A DNA stretch of 33,992 nt from an uncultured virus (IMG/VR IMGVR_UViG_3300038334_000112) (lineage: Duplodnaviria; Heunggongvirae; Uroviricota; Caudoviricetes). The stretch lies in IMG/VR virus record IMGVR_UViG_3300038334_000112, one strand, 5' to 3'. Positions 9,438-17,044 of the stretch are shown piece after piece; the first letter of the stretch is position 1; each line of letters opens with the position of its first letter. A program made the translations under genes and the position numbers. The notes beneath the pieces are model-generated. The model had not been told where the DNA came from. It saw nothing but the letters and a program-made list of their open reading frames with translations, and made no database searches.

Positions 9438-10799
9438 TTAGACGTGCTCGATGACCACGGCGCGCTTCAGGTACTGAGCGCCCGCAGTGGGGATGATGGT
9501 GCTGTTGGCGGTGGCGTCGGTCGGGGCCACGAATCCGCCGATCCAGAACCAGGACTGCGCCACGATCTGCTGCAGGCGGTCGATGGGGCCGCGCACGACC
9601 TGGCAGACGTCCTCGATCATCTGGATCTCGGAGTTGCCGTCGCTGATCTGCTTGGCCTTCTCGGTCATGCCCGCAAAGTCGCCTTCGACCAGGGCGCCGG
9701 GGGCGCAGAGGATGGGGCGGCGCACGGTCAGGCCAGCGGTCACAGGGTGGGCCTGGGTCAGGGCCTCAGTGGTGGGGATGAACTGGGCCCCCATCAGCTG
9801 GAACACCTTGCCCTGCTGGATCACGCTGGAACCGTACTGGCCCTGGTACATGAGCTTGAAGTCCTGGTCGGCGAACAGCTGGCGCATGCTCACGTTGTCG
9901 AGGTACAGGTTGAAGATCTCGTTCTGCATGCCGGTGTTGTTGCGCAGGTTGGCGATGGCATCCTCGATCACGCCCAGGGTCAGCACGTCGGTGCTGGCCA
10001 GGGAGTTCACGGAGGTGCTGATGCCGAGTGCGCTGCCGCCCTTCCACTTGCCGTTGGGGCGGATGAGCACCGGGCAGTTGGCATGCGAGCAGATGTTGCC
10101 GGTGGTGCCGTCGGCCACGGTCACGTTGCCCGAGAAGGTCAGCGTGCCGGAGAAGCCGCCGGGGGTCGTGGACACGTTCGAGCCGTCGCGGGCGGTGCCG
10201 GTCAGGGTGTAGACGTTCAGGCCCACCAGGACCGGGGCGGTGTAGGTCGCGGACACAGGAACGAACTTGCCAGCCGCAGAGCTGGTGCCGAGCACCTGCT
10301 CGAAGCCGCGCACGTCGTCGACGTTGATGGTCAGAGCCGGAGCGCCCAGGGTGGTGCGCACGCGGGTGTTGCCGCCCAGGTAGCCCGCGAAGAGGGCATT
10401 GCGGGCAATGCGGTCCAGGGACTGGCGCGCCTGCACGCCGTTGGTGCGGGCGTTGAGCAGGAACTGGTTGGCGATGCCGACCTGGCTGGTCACCACGTTC
10501 AGGTCGATGGAGTCGCCGTACTGGTCGATGCCCAGCACGTACTGCTCAATGGTCTGGCTGGACGCGGTGATGCCGTTGTCCAGGTTGGTGTTGCCGGACG
10601 GGGTGAGCGGCGTGGTCACGGGGGCCTTGAGGCCCGCGCGGGTCTTGGTCACGGTTTCGCCAACGTTGATCGACACCGGCTCGCGGTCCGCGATCTCGCG
10701 GTAGCCGATGGCCGAAGTCAGGCCGCTGTGGAACTCGGTCTCCAGGAAGCCGGTCTGGATGGCGTTCTGGAGCGCGGTGGGCATGTTCTGAACAGGCAT
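9438..10799 (-). CDS. Major capsid protein
   Basis: 453 aa, follows the scaffold, strong codon bias, followed by a terminator; GETVTKTR E-loop-like segment and C-terminal KRAVVIEH. Confidence 0.85.
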   Translation of the reverse strand: MPVQNMPTALQNAIQTGFLETEFHSGLTSAIGYREIADREPVSINVGETVTKTRAGLKAPVTTPLTPSGNTNLDNGITASSQTIEQYVLGIDQYGDSIDLNVVTSQVGIANQFLLNARTNGVQARQSLDRIARNALFAGYLGGNTRVRTTLGAPALTINVDDVRGFEQVLGTSSAAGKFVPVSATYTAPVLVGLNVYTLTGTARDGSNVSTTPGGFSGTLTFSGNVTVADGTTGNICSHANCPVLIRPNGKWKGGSALGISTSVNSLASTDVLTLGVIEDAIANLRNNTGMQNEIFNLYLDNVSMRQLFADQDFKLMYQGQYGSSVIQQGKVFQLMGAQFIPTTEALTQAHPVTAGLTVRRPILCAPGALVEGDFAGMTEKAKQISDGNSEIQMIEDVCQVVRGPIDRLQQIVAQSWFWIGGFVAPTDATANSTIIPTAGAQYLKRAVVIEHV

Positions 10800-10887
10800 G
10801 GGGCCTCCAAGGTGTCAGGGTTGTGGTTTGCCCCCTGGCCGCCTGGGCCCGATGGGTCAGCGCTACTGCGCCGTTTCGGTGTGGTCG

Positions 10888-11415
10888 TTATTTGAACTTC
10901 GCGCGCTCGGCCTTGTACTCTTCCGGCGTCATCTCCTGGGCCTTCTTGGCCGTGGGAGTCTTCGGCGGGGGCGGCGTGCCGGGCGTGCTGCTGTTCTGCG
11001 TCGAGCCGAACAGGTAGGGCTTGGCCTCCTTCATGGCCGCCATGAGCTCGTCCGCGCCTTCGACGTCACCGGTCTCCTGGTTCAGCTTGACCTTGGAGAG
11101 GTCGGCGAGCTTGAGGCCGTCGAGGTCGACCATGCCAGCCTTGAGCGCCGCGGCCTTGAGTTCGGCGCGGATGATGCGCTCGTTGGCGGCCTGCTGGGCT
11201 GCGGTGATCTTCGCCTCTGCCTCCGTGTTGGCCTTGGCAGCGGCCTCCGTGGCCTGCTCTGCCGCACGCTTGGCCTCCTGGGCGCGGGTGCGGTAGCTGG
11301 CATTCTCGTGGCGCAGCTCCTCCACGTATTCGCGGGAGAAGCTCTCCTGCCCTTTGGCAGGCGGGGCCGGGGGCGCAGGGGTCGGATCAGGAGTCGGGGG
11401 AGTGGGATCAGGCAT
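10888..11415 (-). CDS. Capsid scaffolding protein
   Basis: FSREYVEELRHENASYRTRA coiled coil, KEAKPYLFG and MTPEEYKA end motifs; immediately upstream of the capsid. Confidence 0.85.
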   Translation of the reverse strand: MPDPTPPTPDPTPAPPAPPAKGQESFSREYVEELRHENASYRTRAQEAKRAAEQATEAAAKANTEAEAKITAAQQAANERIIRAELKAAALKAGMVDLDGLKLADLSKVKLNQETGDVEGADELMAAMKEAKPYLFGSTQNSSTPGTPPPPKTPTAKKAQEMTPEEYKAERAKFK

Positions 11416-11494
11416 CAGGCCCTCCAAAAAGGGAAGGCCCGCATCGAGCGGGCCAGCTAAAGTTGCACCTGGGCGTCATGCCCCGGCGGAAATT

Positions 11495-11923
11495 CTAGGC
11501 GTCGTACATGGCGATCGAAAGGAGCGCCTGAGCGGGGACGGAAGTGGCCAGCAGGAGCGACACGCGCACCACCTTGCCGATGGGCGCGCACTGGATCAGC
11601 ACGGTGCTCGCCGCGTTGTTCGCGCTCGCGCCAGTGGTCTGGACGGCACCAGCGTTCTTGATGGGCAGCACCGGGGCGATGAGCGGTCCCGCGTCCTGGC
11701 ACTGAGCCATCAGCGTGTCCGCATTGGCGGTGTTGGTGCGCTTGGAGATGACGATGCTGCGCACCCACTCGGGCACCAGCACGTCGAAGTAGACCGTGTC
11801 GCCAACCGCCAGGCCAGCCTGGGCCAGCGGGTTGAAATGCTTCTCCCAGCGCGCGGCCATCTGCGTTTTCTGGACTTCGAGCACCAGGGCGTTGGCCACC
11901 TGGTTCAGGTCATATGTCGCCAT
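11495..11923 (-). CDS. Hypothetical protein between portal and scaffold
   Basis: 142-aa ORF with GAGG RBS, co-oriented; function not recognised. Confidence 0.65.
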   Translation of the reverse strand: MATYDLNQVANALVLEVQKTQMAARWEKHFNPLAQAGLAVGDTVYFDVLVPEWVRSIVISKRTNTANADTLMAQCQDAGPLIAPVLPIKNAGAVQTTGASANNAASTVLIQCAPIGKVVRVSLLLATSVPAQALLSIAMYDA

Positions 11924-11931
11924 GCGTCACC

Positions 11932-13413
11932 TCAGTCGTCGGATTGTGAAAGCGGTTGGGGCTTCGGCTTCGGTCCATCACCGCCAGCGCCTGCACCTTC
12001 GTCGTCTTCCTTCGGCTCGGCCTCGATCTTGCGGATCTCGTCGGCCGGGTCCGCGATGTCATAGCTGGGCGCGATGGTCTGGACTGCCGTCTCCTGGGAG
12101 ATCAGCTCCTTGTCGCGCAGCACGCCCAAGGTCAGGGCCTCGCTCTGCTTGTCAGCGTAGGTCGGTGCATACCAATTCGGCCAGCGCAGGCCGATCGGTT
12201 CATCTTGCTTCAGCTCCGGGGCCTTCTTCCCGTTGATGGTCAGCTCGAACTTTGCCGAAGCCATCACGACCATGCGCAGGAGCTGCAGCAGCGCGCCCTC
12301 GCCGTAGGAGATGCGCAGGCGGTCCGAGAGCCAGATCAGCGCTTGGTTCATCAGCTCCATGGCCCGCCCGGACTGCGCGGCGCTCAGCTTGTCCGCGTTC
12401 GCCCTGTTGCCGTTGGCTGTCTCAAGCGCGAGTTCGCGCAGGCAGCGCACGTACTCGATCACGGCCGCGGCTGCGGTCCCGTTGATCTCGAGCATCTTGG
12501 CATCGCCGTCTTTGTCGACCACGATGGCGTTGCCGCCGCCCTTGACCATCTTGCCGTCGTCACCGACAGCTGGCTCTTTGATGAGCAGGGTCGGGTCGCT
12601 GCTGTACTTCAAGCCGCGGCCAGCCTGCGAGAGCTGGTAGTCGATCTCGATGCCTGTTTCGATGGCCTCCACGGGGAACGTGCATTCGCCGTCGATCTCG
12701 TCGCCGCCCGGGAGGTTCTTCACCCACACGATGGGCACGAAGCCCAGCTTGTGCGGGGTGGTCTTCTTCGGGTCGACGGTGGCCGGGTTGGCCTCGCCGA
12801 CCTTCCAGGGCATGAACCAGGTCTCTGCCTGCTCGTCCCACTCGCGCCTGAACCAGAAGTCGACGGTCAGGTCGTCGGTCGCGACCTCGTAGCCCTGATC
12901 GGCCAGTACCTGGCCCTTCACCTTGTACTGCTCGGCGACCTTGGCCAGCGTGTCGGGCGCGTCCTGCTTCCAGGTCGGCGCCAGGTACATGGTGTTCGAG
13001 ACAGAGAAAAACACGCGCCCGCTCAGGACGCGCATGATAATGGCCACCGAACCTACGCTGCCGGTTGTGGCCGCGTCGATCATGACCTGGTTGAGCTTCG
13101 TTTCCTTGACCAGATCGGTCAGAGTGTCGCGCGTCACCTCGTCCTTGCAGTCGACGGCCGGGAAATGGCCCTCGCTGAACAGCAGCGACACGGAGTCATT
13201 GACCACGATCTTGCACAGGCCATAGCGCACGCAGGGTCTGCGGTCCCTGATGGGGATATACTCCTCGACGCCGTCGCGCTTCTCCTGGTGGAAGCCATGC
13301 TCCAGGTGATCGTAGAGCGTCCCCTTGCGCACACGAGTCAGCACGTCGATGTCGAACTGCCGCTGGGGGAAGTCCTTGTCGCGCTGAATCTTCGAGACGA
13401 TGCTCTTGAACAT
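11932..13413 (-). CDS. Portal protein (SPP1 gp6-like)
   Basis: 493 aa after terL; PHKLGFVPIVWVKN, SAAQSGRAMEL and ISQETAVQ motifs. Confidence 0.9.
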   Translation of the reverse strand: MFKSIVSKIQRDKDFPQRQFDIDVLTRVRKGTLYDHLEHGFHQEKRDGVEEYIPIRDRRPCVRYGLCKIVVNDSVSLLFSEGHFPAVDCKDEVTRDTLTDLVKETKLNQVMIDAATTGSVGSVAIIMRVLSGRVFFSVSNTMYLAPTWKQDAPDTLAKVAEQYKVKGQVLADQGYEVATDDLTVDFWFRREWDEQAETWFMPWKVGEANPATVDPKKTTPHKLGFVPIVWVKNLPGGDEIDGECTFPVEAIETGIEIDYQLSQAGRGLKYSSDPTLLIKEPAVGDDGKMVKGGGNAIVVDKDGDAKMLEINGTAAAAVIEYVRCLRELALETANGNRANADKLSAAQSGRAMELMNQALIWLSDRLRISYGEGALLQLLRMVVMASAKFELTINGKKAPELKQDEPIGLRWPNWYAPTYADKQSEALTLGVLRDKELISQETAVQTIAPSYDIADPADEIRKIEAEPKEDDEGAGAGGDGPKPKPQPLSQSDD

Positions 13414-13416
13414 GCT

Positions 13417-14691
13417 TTACCTGCCCATGTGCACCACCACGGCGCGTTGCGTTGCTGTGGGCCGCACAATCGGCCAGTTGAAATGCACGAAGTACCCGAG
13501 CGCGTCGGGTGGATGGTCTTTGCCTGTGGTCTTGTCCGGCTCGCTGTTCTTGTCGTAGGTCTGCTGCTCCAGGCACTCGGTGAGCGTGGGGCACGCGCTG
13601 GTGTTGACCATGAGCGTGCGCATGCCCAGGCCATTGCAGATCAAGGCGTTGACCTCAGCCACCCGCTCTTTGACGAACGGGTTCCTGCTGGGCACGCGGA
13701 CGTTGAAGCCCGCGGCGCGCAGGATCGTGATGTCCGACTCGGTGGCGTTGACCGTGCGGTTGCTCTGGCCGGAGGCGTCCGGATAGACGTGCACCTTGTG
13801 GCCGGGGAACTTCTCTTTGATCGTGGCGCACACGTCCGGGGTGTCGCGCATCTTGACCAGCTCGCCCAGGATGAGCGGCCGGCCGAAGCGGATCACGCCC
13901 ACGATGGCCGTGCAGTTGTACACGTTGAAGTCGAGCCCGATGTGCAGCTCTTCGCCCTCGATGATGGTCTCGGGCGTGTGGTTCAGCTCGCGGGAGAAGT
14001 CCGGGTAGACCGCGCCCTGGGTAAGATTGACGAAAAAACCCTCAAGGTACGCCTGCACCAGCTGCGGCGGATAGGAGCGCATGAGCGCGTCGATGTAGTC
14101 CGCAGGCAGGTTGCGCGCGTTGCTGTGCGTGCTGGCCCGGATGAGCTCGTAGCCCGGCGCTGGCTCTTTCTGCCAGCGGCCGTAGCAAAACCGGAAGCCT
14201 TCAGGAGTCGTGGCCACGCCGACGGTGTTCGGCGTGCCGTCGGGCTTCTTCTGCCGGTTGCGTGCGATGATCTGTTGCCAGCAGCGCTCAGCGTCCGGCG
14301 TCTTGAGCGTGTCCAGCTCGTCGACGATGCTGTCGGCCACTTCGTAGCCGACGATCCTGTCCGGGTTGTCGAGGGTGCGGAAGAAGACCTTGCCGCGCCC
14401 GGCGATGTAGATAATGTGCTTGCTCTCGTTGAGCCGGTACTTGATGCCCGCGGCGTCGAGGGACAGCTGAAAGCGCGGGTAGCCGATCATGCTAACCAGG
14501 TCGTAGGTCGGCAGGTAGTAGGCCACGTCCTGCACCGGGTATGCGAACTTGAGCCTCAGTGCCCGCATGACGCCAGAGTGCGTCTTGCCCGAGCCGAAGC
14601 CACCGACGAAGGCCGGGAACTTGGCGGGCGAGTTGGCGAAGGCTGCTTGCGGGGTCGTGGCGCGGAACCGGAGCACGCGCCTAGTCGTCAT
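13417..14691 (-). CDS. terL: Terminase large subunit
   Basis: Walker A GGFGSGKT, Walker B SIVDE, coupling ATTP, RNase H-like GLDFN, YPDASG and DHPPDALGY. Confidence 0.95.
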   Translation of the reverse strand: MTTRRVLRFRATTPQAAFANSPAKFPAFVGGFGSGKTHSGVMRALRLKFAYPVQDVAYYLPTYDLVSMIGYPRFQLSLDAAGIKYRLNESKHIIYIAGRGKVFFRTLDNPDRIVGYEVADSIVDELDTLKTPDAERCWQQIIARNRQKKPDGTPNTVGVATTPEGFRFCYGRWQKEPAPGYELIRASTHSNARNLPADYIDALMRSYPPQLVQAYLEGFFVNLTQGAVYPDFSRELNHTPETIIEGEELHIGLDFNVYNCTAIVGVIRFGRPLILGELVKMRDTPDVCATIKEKFPGHKVHVYPDASGQSNRTVNATESDITILRAAGFNVRVPSRNPFVKERVAEVNALICNGLGMRTLMVNTSACPTLTECLEQQTYDKNSEPDKTTGKDHPPDALGYFVHFNWPIVRPTATQRAVVVHMGR

Positions 14692-15208
14692 ATTCGACGA
14701 CCTCAATGCCGTCGATGGTGTTGGCGTTCGGATCGTCCTTCTCGAGTTCCTTCTCGCCCAGACGCAGCTGCAAGCGCGTGCGCTCCAGCTTGGCGATGGA
14801 GTCCAGGGCCTTGATGATCAGCTCGCCATACTGCGGGGAGCTGACCTTGATCTCCGTCTTGTCGAAAGGCAGCCCCTTCACGTCCTCGCCGTGCTTCTGG
14901 GCGACCTCGAGGGCCGAGTCTACCAGGCCAGCGACGTCAGCCGAGCCGGACAGCTTCACCAGCCGGAACAGCTTGACCTTCATTAGCCGAATTTCGTCGT
15001 CGACGGTGCCAAGCTCTACGCGCTCCCACAGCTTCTTCTCGTCGGGCTGCAACGCGTTGCAGTAGAAGCCGTGCTTGACCGAGTTGGTGTTCTTGGCTGG
15101 CGCCCCGGTATTCGTCCCGCCATGCATGCGGCAACGGCCGTTGGCCAGAATCGCGGTGTTCTTGCAGGGGGCCCCAGTTCGCGTTTTGGCCCCACATGGA
15201 TCAGCCAT
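14681..15208 (-). CDS. terS: Terminase small subunit (HGGxSTG-type N-terminus)
   Basis: CGAKTRTGAPC...GRCRMHGGTNTGAPAKNTNSVKHGFY; overlaps the terL start; GGAGG RBS. Confidence 0.85.
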   Translation of the reverse strand: MADPCGAKTRTGAPCKNTAILANGRCRMHGGTNTGAPAKNTNSVKHGFYCNALQPDEKKLWERVELGTVDDEIRLMKVKLFRLVKLSGSADVAGLVDSALEVAQKHGEDVKGLPFDKTEIKVSSPQYGELIIKALDSIAKLERTRLQLRLGEKELEKDDPNANTIDGIEVVEYDD

Positions 15209-15219
15209 GCGGACCTCCC

Positions 15220-15250
15220 AAAACGCAAAAAGCCCGCTTGTGGCGGGCCT
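15220..15250 (-). terminator. tR'-like terminator in front of the late operon
   Basis: Minus strand GCCCGC-CACAA-GCGGGC-TTTTTGCGTTTT, about 12 nt before the terS ATG. Confidence 0.75.
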
Positions 15251-15270
15251 TCGGCGCATTTGTAAGCATG

Positions 15271-15312
15271 ATCGTTAGGGCCACTTTTGGGCCTCTTTTT
15301 GGCCATTGTCAA
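15271..15312 (-). promoter_or_regulatory. Putative late promoter (pR'-like) with AACGAT pause element
   Basis: TTGACA-18 nt-AAAAGT-GGCCCT-AACGAT. The -35 is perfect; the -10 is weak. Confidence 0.55.
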
Positions 15313-15340
15313 GAAAAAGTCGAGACGAGGTGCGTTTTTT

Positions 15341-15922
15341 TTAAAGCCATCCAAGGTCGATGAACCGCACCTCTGCCGCGCTCATCGCGTCCTCGGCGAG
15401 GATGCGCAGCTGGTCGCGCAGCTCGGAAATGTGTCGGCGCAGCGTGCGCGGCGCGCGGTCGCAGATGATGGAGATGGGCTCATAGGCAGTGATCTTACTG
15501 ACGGAGACGCCACGCACGAGCTGCGCGACGATGAAGCGCCGGAGCATCGGGTCGTTGACCAGGCGCGCTTCGATCGAGCGAGTCAGAGTGCCCAGGGCGT
15601 TCGTCCACTCCATGCACGGCACCTTCTCCATGTAGTCGGGGCACTGATCCTCGCAGGAGCCGAAGCGCAGGCGCAGCATCACCGGCATCATGCCGGGCAG
15701 CCTATCCACTTCCGCCAGCATCATGCCGGCCTGGCCAGCGCCATCGAGCCCGGCGAGCCCACGCCCCTGCGGGCGGCTACCGCGGCCCAGGGCTTCGCGC
15801 ATCATCTTGCCGATCGCGGTCTGCGGGAACTGGGCCGAGTAGTTGAAGGCGAAGGCCAGGGCGCTCCCGACGTTCTGGAACAGGGGCTCGTCGTTGCTCA
15901 GGTTGCGGGCGGTCTGCGTCAT
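15341..15922 (-). CDS. Putative late-gene regulator (Q-position antiterminator candidate)
   Basis: Start MTQTARN with AAGGAG RBS; last early gene before the late promoter; C-terminal HTH-like ISIICDRAPRTLRRHISELR. Confidence 0.55.
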   Translation of the reverse strand: MTQTARNLSNDEPLFQNVGSALAFAFNYSAQFPQTAIGKMMREALGRGSRPQGRGLAGLDGAGQAGMMLAEVDRLPGMMPVMLRLRFGSCEDQCPDYMEKVPCMEWTNALGTLTRSIEARLVNDPMLRRFIVAQLVRGVSVSKITAYEPISIICDRAPRTLRRHISELRDQLRILAEDAMSAAEVRFIDLGWL

Positions 15923-15978
15923 GTCGTGCTGCTCCTTTTGGTGTTGCTCGTGCATGGGATTGTTTTCGCCAGCTGAGC

Positions 15979-16377
15979 TCAGGCTCGCGGCCCTGCGGGT
16001 TGATTCTCCATGGCCTTGACCTCCAGGCGCACAAGCCCGCCCTTGACCGGTTCCCCCCATGTCACGTCCTTGTGCTTGATCTGCGAATCGTCGGCCCAGA
16101 TACCCGCCTTCGTGCAGGCATCGAAGAACACCTTCTCGGCGTTGTCCTGGTCGCGCTTGCGCTTGTCGGGCGGGTGCAGGAGCACCTTCACGTCCAGCTG
16201 CACGCCCGGGCCGAACCTGGGCCCGCCCCTGTAGCCGTCGGTGAGCGCAGCGGACTTGACCGCGAGCCGGTAGGTTTTGATCTTGGCCACGGTGAACACG
16301 CGCTTCGACTTCCAGTTGATCCCGTGCTGATGATTTCCGGCTATGGTCGGGAAAGGGAGGGACAAGGCGAGCTGCAT
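15979..16377 (-). CDS. rusA: RusA-family Holliday junction resolvase
   Basis: LSLPFPT..N, HPPDKRKRDQDNAEKVFFDAC...GIWADDSQI catalytic motifs. Confidence 0.9.
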   Translation of the reverse strand: MQLALSLPFPTIAGNHQHGINWKSKRVFTVAKIKTYRLAVKSAALTDGYRGGPRFGPGVQLDVKVLLHPPDKRKRDQDNAEKVFFDACTKAGIWADDSQIKHKDVTWGEPVKGGLVRLEVKAMENQPAGPRA

Positions 16378-16379
16378 GG

Positions 16380-16646
16380 CTATGCCTCCATCTTGGACTT
16401 GGCATCCAAAAACGGCTTTTCGCGCAGATCCTCCATGCGCTTGATTCTGGCCTTGAGCGCCTTGATCTGCATGCAGCCACAGCTGTTGACCCGGCCGCTC
16501 CTCAGATTTGACCCACGATGAACACTCTGCTTTCCGCAGGAGCACCGGCACAGCCAACGGACCTCGCCCTTGTCCGTCCTGTCGAACGGCTCGATCACGG
16601 ACACCTTCCCGAACGTCTTTCCTGCCAGGTCGCTCATCTTCGTCAT
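16380..16646 (-). CDS. Stand-alone Cys-rich domain of the type found N-terminally in phage HNH/AP2 proteins
   Basis: DLAGKTFGKVSV...WLCRCSCG...LRSGRVNSCGC; no nuclease domain follows. Confidence 0.7.
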   Translation of the reverse strand: MTKMSDLAGKTFGKVSVIEPFDRTDKGEVRWLCRCSCGKQSVHRGSNLRSGRVNSCGCMQIKALKARIKRMEDLREKPFLDAKSKMEA

Positions 16647-16735
16647 GGCCGTTTCTCCAGTGCATAATTTTTCTAGAAGTGTGTTACGAGGTACATTCCG
16701 ATCAGTCGCGCTCTTTCGGTGTGTGGGAGGGGTGT

Positions 16736-17040
16736 CCGTTCATTACGGAACACCCCCTTCCCGAAGGGTAGAAATCCGTAATCCGTCATGGCTTACTGCC
16801 CCAACGGTTTGCGGGCGTTCCGGGGTGCCGTCAGGAACGGCCATTTCCGTAACGGGCTCTAGTCCTACTCTCAGTAGGCCGTTCCTGAAATTTTTGACCT
16901 GCTCCGGAACGGCCGGAACGGACGATTTCAGGAACGGGCCGTCATGGCTTATGCATGGTTTGCTATATGTCAGGAACGGACCGTCATGGGCCGTCATGCG
17001 CGTGTAGTCGCATGGAATAAAAGGACAAGTGGCCGTCATG
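16736..17040. repeat. Iteron-like repeat cluster, putative replication origin
   Basis: CCGTCATG x5 (16783, 16939, 16981, 16991, 17033); GGAACGG x5 (16834, 16906, 16915, 16931, 16973) plus inverted CCGTTCC (16879); directly downstream of the primase-helicase. Confidence 0.7.
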
Positions 17041-17044
17041 GCGC

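Noticed and set aside
11956..14814. Very long plus-strand ORFs (also 4650-7145, 7094-8728, 9444-10895, 20417-22972, 22467-23792)
   Set aside because: Antisense shadows of GC3-biased phage genes; no motifs, and the opposite strand encodes clear phage proteins.
15923..16480. N-terminal half of the 379-aa ORF 15341-16480
   Set aside because: Overlaps rusA in another frame; the good RBS is at 15922, so the real gene is probably about 193 aa.
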